Sequence record: DRR723986_6320
Direction: 5' to 3' (one strand)
Length of the DNA: 43,954 bases
The position numbers and the translations under genes are program-made. Shown here piece by piece: positions 8,522 through 17,505 of the stretch. A model generated the notes under the pieces. It made no database searches. It was not told the origin of the DNA and was given only the letters and a program-made list of their open reading frames with translations. Position 1 is the stretch's first letter. Each line of letters opens with the position of its first letter.

Positions 8522-10454
8522 TTACTCTGCAAGCGCCCGCCGCGCAGCTGCTCGCAACGCCGGGACAGCACTCGCCTGCACCCTGCTGCTGGCGCTCGTG
8601 CTGGCACCGTTGCCGTCACTGGCCGCGCAGCAGGTGGCAGTCAGGATCAGCGGCCTGTCCGGGGAACCACTGGACAACGTCAGGGCCGCCCTGCGCCTGG
8701 AGCGGCGCCGGCAGGACAGTAATCTGAGCGCCGATACTATCCGCGAGTTGCACGGCAGCGCGGAGCGGGAAATCCGCCGCGCACTTGAACCCTTCGGCTT
8801 TTACCGCCCGGTCATCCGTAGTGAGTTACAGGCACCCAGCGAGGACGGCGGCGCGTGGCGGGCCAGCTACAGCATCGACCCCGGGGCCCAGGTACCGATC
8901 CAGCACTTCGCGCTCAACGTCTCCGGGGAGGGCGGGGAGGATGCCGAGCTCAGCACCCTGACCGCCGACCCGGGCCTGCGCGAGGGCCAGCTTTTCAATC
9001 ACCTGCAGTATGAAGCCAGCAAGCGCGACCTGCTGGCCAGGGTGCGCGGGACGGGTTATCTCGACGCCGCCTATGCCCAACACCGAGTGGAAGTGGACCT
9101 GGAAGCCTACACTGCCAGCATTCTGCTGCAGCTCGATACCGGCCCGAAGTACACCATCGGCCCGATAACTTTCGAACAGGCTGAATTCCAGTTCGCAGCA
9201 GACTACCTGGAGCGCTACCTCATCCTGCACCCCGGCGACACCTTCAGCCAGGCCGCGATCACTCGCCAGCGCAACCTGCTGGGCCGGAGCGGCCATTTCC
9301 GCGAAGTGGTCATCGAAGCGGGTGAACCGGACGACAGGAGCCAGCCGGCCGTGCCGCTGACCATCCGGTTGGCGCCCTACAAGGCCAACCGTTACCGGGG
9401 CCGGCTGGGCTGGGGCTCGGATACCGGCATCGGTGTGCAGGCGGACTGGAACCGGCGCCACATCGGCCATCACGGCCATCGCTTCACCCTCGGTGGAACC
9501 GCAGTGGAGGAACGCAATCGGCTGGCTGGCGATTTCAGCTACCTGATCCCGCTTGAGCCACTGTCCGGCGATCGCCTGGAACTCGCCGCCCGCCACGAGA
9601 GCAAGGACCTGACCTTCGAGGACGTGGACCTGGACGAGGGCGGTGAAACACGGATCGCCACCAACCTGCTGTCCACGTTCTGGCACCTGCCGGTAGCCTC
9701 GATTGGCGATTTCGAGCTGCGCAGCAGAGCCGGCCTGAGCCTGGTCGGGGAAACCTACGATGTCTTCGAGGTACTGTTTGGCAACCTGCCCGGCAATGCC
9801 CAGGATGCCATCATCGCAGCCATCGGCCAGCAGGCCTACGACACCCTGGCACCGGATTTCGAGGCTGTCGTACCCAGCCTGAAGCTGACCGCACGGCGCA
9901 CCGACGACAACCTGTATATCCGTCGCGGCGACTACTTCAATCTTGAGCTGCTGGGCGCGGACGAATCACTGGGCTCCAACATCGACTTCTGGCAGGTTCG
10001 TTTCAACTCCTGGAATATCTGGCCGCTGGGGGACAGCAACCGCTTGCTGCTGCGTTCCGCCGCCGGCTATTCGGACGCGGAAACCCGCAACGTGCTGAGC
10101 GTCGACTTCAACCGTATGCCGGAGTATTTCGAGTTCCGTGCCGGCGGAGCCCGCAGTGTGCGCGGTTATGGCTACGAGGAGCTGTTCCCCTCCACCGCGA
10201 TCACCGGCGGCAAGCACCAGCTGGTCGGCAGCGTGGAGTACGAGCACCAGATCATTCCCAACTGGAGCGCCGCCGTATTCCTCGACGCCGGCAATGCGTT
10301 CAACGACTTCAGCAATATCGACGAGAAACTGGGCACCGGCATCGGCGTGCGCTGGCGCTCACCGGTGGGCGTGGCGCGCATTGATCTCGCCTTCCCGGTA
10401 GATGACTCGGAGGACGCCTTCCAGATTTACATCACCGTGGGTCCGGAGTTCTGA
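8511..10454 (+). CDS. tamA: Omp85-family outer membrane protein TamA
   Basis: Signal peptide, POTRA-like region (ALEPFGFY, TGYLDA), AGGARSVRGY lid motif, GIGVRWRSPVG and terminal ITVGPEF. Confidence 0.9.
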   Translation: MSTDYSASARRAAARNAGTALACTLLLALVLAPLPSLAAQQVAVRISGLSGEPLDNVRAALRLERRRQDSNLSADTIRELHGSAEREIRRALEPFGFYRPVIRSELQAPSEDGGAWRASYSIDPGAQVPIQHFALNVSGEGGEDAELSTLTADPGLREGQLFNHLQYEASKRDLLARVRGTGYLDAAYAQHRVEVDLEAYTASILLQLDTGPKYTIGPITFEQAEFQFAADYLERYLILHPGDTFSQAAITRQRNLLGRSGHFREVVIEAGEPDDRSQPAVPLTIRLAPYKANRYRGRLGWGSDTGIGVQADWNRRHIGHHGHRFTLGGTAVEERNRLAGDFSYLIPLEPLSGDRLELAARHESKDLTFEDVDLDEGGETRIATNLLSTFWHLPVASIGDFELRSRAGLSLVGETYDVFEVLFGNLPGNAQDAIIAAIGQQAYDTLAPDFEAVVPSLKLTARRTDDNLYIRRGDYFNLELLGADESLGSNIDFWQVRFNSWNIWPLGDSNRLLLRSAAGYSDAETRNVLSVDFNRMPEYFEFRAGGARSVRGYGYEELFPSTAITGGKHQLVGSVEYEHQIIPNWSAAVFLDAGNAFNDFSNIDEKLGTGIGVRWRSPVGVARIDLAFPVDDSEDAFQIYITVGPEF

Positions 10455-10521
10455 GCCGTTGACCCGTTGCCGCCACCGCAGCGCGGCATCCAGCGCCCAA
10501 TTCACGCACAGGACCAGACCT

Positions 10522-11088
10522 ATGCAGGAAATCATTCTCGAAACACCCCGGCTATTACTGAGGCCACCCCGTGCCGAGGATTTCCCGGGGGTATGCGCAT
10601 TCACCTCCGACCCGGTCACGATGGAGCATCTCGGCGGCGTTATGCACGAGGCAGACGCCTGGCGCTTTCTTGCGAGCATGATTGGCTACTGGAGCCTGAC
10701 CCCGGGCGCCATGTTCGCCGTGGTGGAAAAGAGCTCTGCTAAGTGGATCGGCCGGATCGGGCCCTGGACACCACACCAGTGGCCAGTCAGGGAGGTCGGC
10801 TGGGGGCTGCTGCGATCAGCGGAAGGCCGGGGTTACGCTCTGGAAGCAGCAATTGCCAGTATCGATTACGCTTTTAGTAAGCTTGGCTGGGAACGGGTGG
10901 ATCACCTGATTGCCGATGCCAACGTTCGCTCCCAGGCGCTCGCCGAGCGGCTGGGCTCGACACCCGGCAGCGAGGTCTCCATGCCCGGCTCGCTGGCAGA
11001 ACACCAGGTGCGCGCCTGGGGCCAGACCGGCGAAGAATGGCTGGCTCGACGCGCAGCCTTCGATCACATCGTGCCCCGCACGGGATGA
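10522..11088 (+). CDS. GNAT family N-acetyltransferase (RimJ/RimL-like)
   Basis: ILETPRLLLRP start, EVGWGL, EGRGYALEA acetyl-CoA motif, NVRSQALAERLG; AGGA RBS before ATG 10522. Confidence 0.88.
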   Translation: MQEIILETPRLLLRPPRAEDFPGVCAFTSDPVTMEHLGGVMHEADAWRFLASMIGYWSLTPGAMFAVVEKSSAKWIGRIGPWTPHQWPVREVGWGLLRSAEGRGYALEAAIASIDYAFSKLGWERVDHLIADANVRSQALAERLGSTPGSEVSMPGSLAEHQVRAWGQTGEEWLARRAAFDHIVPRTG

Positions 11089-11221
11089 CTATTTCAGCAT
11101 AGCGAAAACGTGTGCACGACGCGCCTGTTGTCTTATACTCGAGGCGTTCGATCCTTGAGCCATACCGGTCGGTGCTGTGAAAACAGCCAGAGCAGAGCCG
11201 CTCCGGTATAGGTCTAAAGCC

Positions 11222-11236
11222 AATAAAAATAAGGAG
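11222..11236 (+). promoter_or_regulatory. A-rich (AAN)n motif abutting the RBS of the TonB-dependent receptor (Hfq/Crc-type site)
   Basis: AATAAAAATAAGGAG immediately upstream of ATG 11243. Confidence 0.4.
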
Positions 11237-11242
11237 ATCGAC

Positions 11243-13528
11243 ATGCCGCAAGCTGCGCGATCAATACCGCGAGTTCTCACCCTTGCCAGCGCAATATCGC
11301 TGCTGGCCACGCCGCTGCAGTCGCAGGCCCAAAGCCTGGTGCTGGAAGAAATCATTGTCACCGCACAGAAGAAGTCGGAGAGCCTCGCTGACACCCCGGT
11401 CACGGTCAACGTGGTCACCGGTGAGCAAATGAATGAATTTGCCAACTTCAGCTTTTTGGACCTGGACAAAATGATGGCAGGCATTTCCGTCACCGGCTCC
11501 AATTACGACACCAATATCGCGGTGCGGGGCCTGGGTACTGACCTCAATGCACCCGTCAGTCCACGGGTGACGGTGTACCTCGACGGCGCTTTCGTGAACC
11601 AGGAGCGCGGCCTGTTCAGCAGCCTGTTCGACCTGCAACGCTTCGAACTGCTGCGCGGCCCCCAGGGTACCCTGTACGGCAAGTCATCACCGGCTGGAGC
11701 ACTCACCATCCAGAGTCGCAACCCGTCGATGGACCGCTTTGATGGCTATATCCAGCAATCCTTCAGTGAACGCAGCGGCAGCAACACCCAGCTCGCCGCA
11801 TCCATCCCGATTGTCGAGGACACCCTCGCACTCCGGGTGGCCGGGCTGTATGACGAGAACCAGGCTGGCGACGTGCGCAACGTCACCCTCGGCCGTGACA
11901 ACGAGAACGAGACCCGGGCCGGACGCGCGGTCCTGTACTGGCAGGCCGGCGACAACCTCGACATTCGCCTGGCCTATCACTACATCAAGGACGAGTTCGA
12001 TATCGACCTGGTGGTTGACGGTAACGGCACGGCCTTCGATGACCGGGTAGCCGTCGGCGACTATCCGTCCGGCATGGAGAACGAAACCAGGATCACCGTG
12101 CTCGAGATGAACTGGGAGCTACCGAACGAGTGGACCCTGAGCACGGTTGCCAGCCACCAGGATAACCAGGTCGACCGGCTGTATGACATCGACGGCTCCG
12201 CGGTGCGCGGCACGGAACAGCAGGTGATCTCCAGCGTGCCCGACGTGCTGAATCTCGAGCTGCGGCTTTCTTCTATTGGCAATTCCTCGCTCTGGGACTG
12301 GACCGCCGGCCTGTACTGGCAGGAATCCGACTCTGTCACGCCGGTATTCAATAACACCTTTATCGCGCCCGTGCCCGGGATCAACGTTGTCGCCGAGACC
12401 ACCGGGCCGGCAGATCTGGAAAGCGAGGACTGGGGCGTATTCCTGCACAATGCGATCCACCTCTCCGAGCGCAGCACGCTAACGGTGGGCCTGCGCTACA
12501 GCGAGGAAAAGAGCACCAGCATTCAGGACTTCACCACCGGGGTGTTCTTCCTGCTGCCGGATGACGAGCGGCAGGGGCCGATCCTGACCCTGGAGTTCCA
12601 GGGCATACAGCCGCAAGACCAGCGCAAAACGGATGACGCCTGGACCGGGACCCTCAAGTACCAGTACAGCGTAAGCGATGACCTGATGGCCTATGGCTCC
12701 TTTGACCGGGGCTGGCGCGCGGGTTCAGCGAATATCTCCGGCGCGGTAAACCCGCCGGTGTTCGGCGCCTTTGAGGCAGAAACCAGCGATAACCTCGAGA
12801 TCGGCTTCAAGTGGTCGGTGCTGGACGGCCGCGGACTGTGGAATACCGCTGCTTACTACCAGCTCTACGAGGATTTCCAGTTCCAGGCCAACACCGTGGA
12901 ATTCAGGGTACCGGAGGATGCCGGCGGTGGCATCGACCTCGCATCCCCGGTTGTGAACGTGGATGAGGTGGAAGTGTTCGGCCTGGAAACGGAATTCTCC
13001 ATCCTGCTGGCGGAGCGCTGGACGGCATCCGTCTCGGCCAGTTACAACCAGGCCGAGTTCAGCGATGCCGGCAACGTGCCCTGCACCACCGGCGGCCCGC
13101 TGCCCGAGGAGGACTTCGGCTTCAACACCTGCGATATTTCGGGTGAGCGCGCTGGCCAGCTGCCGGAGTGGTCCCTGGTGGCGAGCAGTGAATACGCCAT
13201 CCCGCTGGCAGGGGGCGGCACGGAGATTTACCTGCGCGGGCTGTTAAAAACGGAGAGCGAGTCCTACTCCCAGGCCCTGGACCGGGACCTGGACAGCTAC
13301 GTGACCCTGGACGTGTTCGCGGGCTGGCGCAACGCGGCAAGCAGCTGGGATCTGATGGTCTGGGCCAAGAACCTGTTCGATGAATCCGCCTGGCTAGGGG
13401 CATTACCCCTGGAGGAAGTCCCCGACTACACCAACGGTGGCACCCTGGCCAATCCCTACACCCATGTCACCGGCCAATTGCAGCCGCGCACGATAGGTAT
13501 CACCGGCGTCTACCGCTTCGGCGACTAG
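11243..13528 (+). CDS. TonB-dependent receptor
   Basis: Signal peptide, TonB box LEEIIVTAQK, plug motif ELLRGPQGTLYG, KNLFDE and terminal YRF; AAGGAG RBS. Confidence 0.93.
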   Translation: MPQAARSIPRVLTLASAISLLATPLQSQAQSLVLEEIIVTAQKKSESLADTPVTVNVVTGEQMNEFANFSFLDLDKMMAGISVTGSNYDTNIAVRGLGTDLNAPVSPRVTVYLDGAFVNQERGLFSSLFDLQRFELLRGPQGTLYGKSSPAGALTIQSRNPSMDRFDGYIQQSFSERSGSNTQLAASIPIVEDTLALRVAGLYDENQAGDVRNVTLGRDNENETRAGRAVLYWQAGDNLDIRLAYHYIKDEFDIDLVVDGNGTAFDDRVAVGDYPSGMENETRITVLEMNWELPNEWTLSTVASHQDNQVDRLYDIDGSAVRGTEQQVISSVPDVLNLELRLSSIGNSSLWDWTAGLYWQESDSVTPVFNNTFIAPVPGINVVAETTGPADLESEDWGVFLHNAIHLSERSTLTVGLRYSEEKSTSIQDFTTGVFFLLPDDERQGPILTLEFQGIQPQDQRKTDDAWTGTLKYQYSVSDDLMAYGSFDRGWRAGSANISGAVNPPVFGAFEAETSDNLEIGFKWSVLDGRGLWNTAAYYQLYEDFQFQANTVEFRVPEDAGGGIDLASPVVNVDEVEVFGLETEFSILLAERWTASVSASYNQAEFSDAGNVPCTTGGPLPEEDFGFNTCDISGERAGQLPEWSLVASSEYAIPLAGGGTEIYLRGLLKTESESYSQALDRDLDSYVTLDVFAGWRNAASSWDLMVWAKNLFDESAWLGALPLEEVPDYTNGGTLANPYTHVTGQLQPRTIGITGVYRFGD

Positions 13529-13538
13529 GCGGCCGAGC

Positions 13539-13763
13539 TCAATCTTCCAGGGCCTCAATGCGGATCACCCCGTTGGGGCAAAACTTCTCCGCGCGCTGCG
13601 CCAGGGCCAGCTGTGACTCGTCGATGACGTCTTGCAGCGGCTCCACCGTATCGTAAATCTGGCCCTGGTCTGTCACCGCAAACAGAGCCGGCGCTTCCGC
13701 CGCGCAAACCCCGTGACCCTGGCACAGGTCCCGGTCCACGCAGATGCGATACCGCTTACTCAC
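13539..13763 (-). CDS. fdx: single-cluster ferredoxin with CxxHxxC...CP motif (P450 partner)
   Basis: VDRDLCQGHGVC...FCPNGVI; GTGA overlap with the P450 stop codon. Confidence 0.9.
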   Translation of the reverse strand: MSKRYRICVDRDLCQGHGVCAAEAPALFAVTDQGQIYDTVEPLQDVIDESQLALAQRAEKFCPNGVIRIEALED

Positions 13764-15115
13764 TCGACGCGAGCCTGCCGCCGCCGGTAACGCAGCACGC
13801 AGGGATCGGACGGCCGCAGGATCAGGGCCGGCATGATCTCACCGTAGCTTTCCGGGGGCTGGGTCAGTTCGAATTCGTACTCGTGCAGCAGGGTCGAGAG
13901 AATTGCCTTGACCTGCAGGATGGCGAAGGCGTTGCCGATGCATTTGTGGCGACCCCCGCCAAAAGGAATCTCGGCGAACAGGTGACCCGGTGCGGGGCGA
14001 CGTGGGTCGAAGCGCAGGGGCTCCGGAAAATACTCGGGCAGCTTGTGGCTGATGTGGGGACAAACCATCACATTGCAGCCCGCCTCGACCAGGTAATTCT
14101 TGTACTGCCAGTCGTGCATAACCCGGCGCGAAATCGCATTGAGTGGCGGATGCAGGCGCAGCGCCTCGCGAACAAAGCCTTCCAGCAACGGAATATCCCG
14201 CATCCCTTTCAGGGATAACTCCCCCTCGCCTTCAAACAGCGCATCGATCTCCACCAGCAAATCCTCAAGGTATTGCGGGTTGCGGGCGATTTCCAACAAG
14301 GTCCAGGCGGTAGTATTGGAACTGGTGTGGTGGCCGGCGAACATGAACCAGATCACCATCCCGGTGATTTCGTGGTCCGTGAGGTGGCGCCCGTCGCTGT
14401 AGGTCGAGTCCATGTAGACCTGCAGCATATCGTGTTCCCACTGCCCGGATTCCCGGCGCTGCCTGACGCGCTCGGTGATCAGCTCCTCCAGCCGTTTGCG
14501 GGCCATGTCAGTGCGCCGAAAGCGCTCGTCTTCCTTGTAAGGATCGCTGATCGAGGACGGCGCAAGACCGTTCTCCAGGTCGTGATACAGCTCGGCGAAC
14601 TCGTCGGTCAGCTGGTAGCGCAGCTCCCTGCCCAGCAGGCAATGCGTCGAGGTCTTCAGGGTCAGGCGGGTAAAGGCGTCATAGATATCAAACTCGCCCT
14701 CGTCACCCCAGTCAGCGATAAAATCCTGGGCCTCGCGCTCCACCACACCGGCATAATTGACCATGCGATCGTGCTTGAGGCCCTGCACCTGCATTTTCAA
14801 CTGCTGGCGTTCGATATCTGGCGGCGCACCGTACTGGATGCCCTCGCCGAACACCGGCACCATCATCTGATAAGCCTGGGCGGCGCTGAGCTGTTCGTCC
14901 GGGGTACGGAAAAAGGCCTCGTGGGCATCCGGGCCAACCAGCAATATAGTGCGCAGCCCCCCCAGGTTGAATGCCCCGATCTCGCCGCATTCCTCATAGA
15001 CCCGGTGCAGGAACGCCAGTGGCGTGGTGTTGAATTCCTCCAGGTGGCCCGTGCCCGGTTTTGCACCGCTTACCTCGGGTATCGGGTCATAGGCCTGGGC
15101 TGGTTCCTGTGCCAT
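13760..15115 (-). CDS. cyp51: cytochrome P450, CYP51 (sterol 14-alpha-demethylase)-like
   Basis: AYQMMVPVFGEG (CYP51 SRS1-like), I-helix MFAGHHTSS, EALRLHPP, heme motif FGGGRHKCIG; AGGAG RBS. Confidence 0.85.
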   Translation of the reverse strand: MAQEPAQAYDPIPEVSGAKPGTGHLEEFNTTPLAFLHRVYEECGEIGAFNLGGLRTILLVGPDAHEAFFRTPDEQLSAAQAYQMMVPVFGEGIQYGAPPDIERQQLKMQVQGLKHDRMVNYAGVVEREAQDFIADWGDEGEFDIYDAFTRLTLKTSTHCLLGRELRYQLTDEFAELYHDLENGLAPSSISDPYKEDERFRRTDMARKRLEELITERVRQRRESGQWEHDMLQVYMDSTYSDGRHLTDHEITGMVIWFMFAGHHTSSNTTAWTLLEIARNPQYLEDLLVEIDALFEGEGELSLKGMRDIPLLEGFVREALRLHPPLNAISRRVMHDWQYKNYLVEAGCNVMVCPHISHKLPEYFPEPLRFDPRRPAPGHLFAEIPFGGGRHKCIGNAFAILQVKAILSTLLHEYEFELTQPPESYGEIMPALILRPSDPCVLRYRRRQARVE

Positions 15116-15134
15116 TGCTCGCTCCTGGACTCAC

Positions 15135-16451
15135 TCAGTCCGTGTAATCGTAATGATGTTCGGCAAGATCCACCTCCAGCAGCCCGTTCATTCCCACCAG
15201 GTCTGACCAGGGGGACGGGGGTACCGGCTCGTTGCCGTCGTCGATGGTAATCGCAAAAGCCAGGGCAGCGCCGGGAACAGCGGCGGGCTGGACCCGGGCG
15301 CGCGGGTTCACGGCCTGGACGATCTGTTCTAGGCCCCAGGTTTCGCCCCGCCAGAGGCCGGTCAGCAGGCCGGCGGGATCGCCGTCGCCAAGGGCCGCAC
15401 AATCATCGATCAGCAGGTAACCGCTGGTCTCAGTGTCAAGCACACAGCGCGCGCCGACATACTCGGGCACCAGATGGTGGTCGAGTTGCAGCAGCTTGAG
15501 CACGCTGCTCATGGTGTCGCCCTCTATGCCCAGCAGGCGGCGCATGCGCGCATGGTAAACCGGCGCCATGGCCGCGGCGTGTTCCCGCAGGATGTCTCCC
15601 AGTGCCTCCTGGCCGAACTGGCGCTCGATACTCATGTAGCAGGCGCGCTGCAGCAGGTGCACATCGAGCGCAAATTCATACAGCTGGCGGGTCAGGCTTG
15701 CATCCGCCAGGTCTTCCAGACGGAAGTCACGCTTGAACGGGCCTGAATAGTCGCGCAGGCCATCCTCGCCACCCTGGGCGAAGGCGAATTCGAACTGCCC
15801 GGCCCGGCTTTGCCGCACCCGGTCAGTCAGGGCGTTTTCCTCGACCACACCGATACCGTCGGTGATTGAAACCTGCCAGCGGCAAGGTCCTGCTGCGGGA
15901 ATCTCGCCGCCGTGCGGCGGCCGGTAGATCGGCGTACAGCGAGCCCCGGGGTTCACCGCCATTACCGTGGCATCGAAGGTCGGGTCTTCCATATGTACGC
16001 AGATCTGGCGCTCCGCCTCCACATCGCCACCGGTCAGCGCACGCACGTGGTGATATGCACCGCAGAACGGCAACCAGAAAAAGCCGAGATCGTGGGATTG
16101 CACGTCGTAGTGGAACTTGAGCCACATGTGGGGGGCGCCGATGTCCAGCTGGAACCCCTTCATGATCACGTCGACACCGTCACCTTCGATGCCGTGCAGC
16201 AAGCGGTTGCGGCGGTTGTAGACCGGGCTGGCGCCCATCCACTCGTCGATAGCCAGCGCAGTCATCGCCTCGGCACCGAAGCGGGTGTGGATGATCGGCA
16301 TGATGGCCCGGTCGTGGACCTGGTTGCAGAGCATGATTTCCCGGCCCAGGCGGGCACGGGTTTTTTTATCGAGATCGCTCCAGCTGAAATCGGGGCGAAA
16401 GGAACCGGAATAATCCTGCATTGCGCTAATCGGCCAGCGGCCTTTCTCCAT
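15135..16451 (-). CDS. hypothetical protein with two-fold internal repeat (~221 aa period)
   Basis: DYSG..F..DF...DL, GIEGD, K..QLD and AVNP.AR each occur twice; 19 bp upstream of the P450 gene. Confidence 0.8.
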   Translation of the reverse strand: MEKGRWPISAMQDYSGSFRPDFSWSDLDKKTRARLGREIMLCNQVHDRAIMPIIHTRFGAEAMTALAIDEWMGASPVYNRRNRLLHGIEGDGVDVIMKGFQLDIGAPHMWLKFHYDVQSHDLGFFWLPFCGAYHHVRALTGGDVEAERQICVHMEDPTFDATVMAVNPGARCTPIYRPPHGGEIPAAGPCRWQVSITDGIGVVEENALTDRVRQSRAGQFEFAFAQGGEDGLRDYSGPFKRDFRLEDLADASLTRQLYEFALDVHLLQRACYMSIERQFGQEALGDILREHAAAMAPVYHARMRRLLGIEGDTMSSVLKLLQLDHHLVPEYVGARCVLDTETSGYLLIDDCAALGDGDPAGLLTGLWRGETWGLEQIVQAVNPRARVQPAAVPGAALAFAITIDDGNEPVPPSPWSDLVGMNGLLEVDLAEHHYDYTD

Positions 16452-16551
16452 GACTATGCACCGAGATTAGCAGAATGGTCGGTGCGCAGGCGGCGTCCAC
16501 GCCTGAAATATCATACCTGCACCGGGAATCGGCATCGGGGAGGCAGCGAGG

Positions 16552-17505
16552 CTAGTCCAGCGACTGGTGCCCCGGATGCACCTTGCCCTGGGGCAGGGCG
16601 GCAGCCAGTTCTTTCAGCGCAGCGAGACTCACGGCCGAGGTGGGAATATCCGAGGAAAAGGAGCCGGGCTCGACGCCGTTCTCCCAACCCCAGCGGGTAT
16701 GCGTCGCATCGCCGATCATCAGCTGCGGCCCCTCGGTGGTCAGCGCCAGGTAGGCGGTAGAACCCGGGCTATGCCCAGGACTGTGGATGGCATACAGCGA
16801 GCCATCGCCAAAAACATCCACCACACCCTCCTCACCGAACTGCCATTCCCGCAGCAGGCCCTGCACGCCCAGTAAGCGATCGGTGGTGCCGCGGCTGACG
16901 CTGTTCAGCAGCGCTTTCTCCCGCGCATCGCCGGGCCCGATATAAACCGGCACATCCGCGGGCAGATCGGGCAGGCCCATGATGTGGTCGATGTGGATAT
17001 GGGTAAGGAACACACCGGCGACCCCGCCCAGCTCGGTAGCGAGGTCGGCGGTTGTCAGCCTGACCTTGAGCAGCTCGGTTTTCATGGCCATCGCCACAAC
17101 CGCGCCTATGTCCTCATTGCCGGTGGGATTGCGAAACTTACGGGATATCCCGGAATCGACCAGGTAGGTGCCGAAGTCGGGATGGGCCAGGCTGTAAGTG
17201 TAAATATCGATGGGTTCACTGCGATCGACAATGCCCGCCGCGACAGCCTTGGGGTGTTCCAGATTGAGCAAGCCCGACAGCGGCACCTCCCAGGTAGCCG
17301 CCAAATGCCGGGTCAGCGTAATTGGCCCGGACACCGCCGAGCTGCCTTTCAGCATCGCGGCGTGCGTGACAGGCTCGCCCTGAGTCGATGCCGTGGTGGC
17401 CACCGTCGACGCGTCACAGGCGGTAAGCAGCAGCGCCAGCACCGCAGCGGCATATCTCAGGGGATGCGCTGGCCACAACCGGGAAAGCTCCCGGCGCCGA
17501 CTCAC
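16552..17505 (-). CDS. MBL-fold metallo-hydrolase lipoprotein (AHL-lactonase-like)
   Basis: THIHIDH, PGHSPG, IGDA, PGHQ zinc ligands; lipobox LLTAC. Confidence 0.85.
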   Translation of the reverse strand: MSRRRELSRLWPAHPLRYAAAVLALLLTACDASTVATTASTQGEPVTHAAMLKGSSAVSGPITLTRHLAATWEVPLSGLLNLEHPKAVAAGIVDRSEPIDIYTYSLAHPDFGTYLVDSGISRKFRNPTGNEDIGAVVAMAMKTELLKVRLTTADLATELGGVAGVFLTHIHIDHIMGLPDLPADVPVYIGPGDAREKALLNSVSRGTTDRLLGVQGLLREWQFGEEGVVDVFGDGSLYAIHSPGHSPGSTAYLALTTEGPQLMIGDATHTRWGWENGVEPGSFSSDIPTSAVSLAALKELAAALPQGKVHPGHQSLD

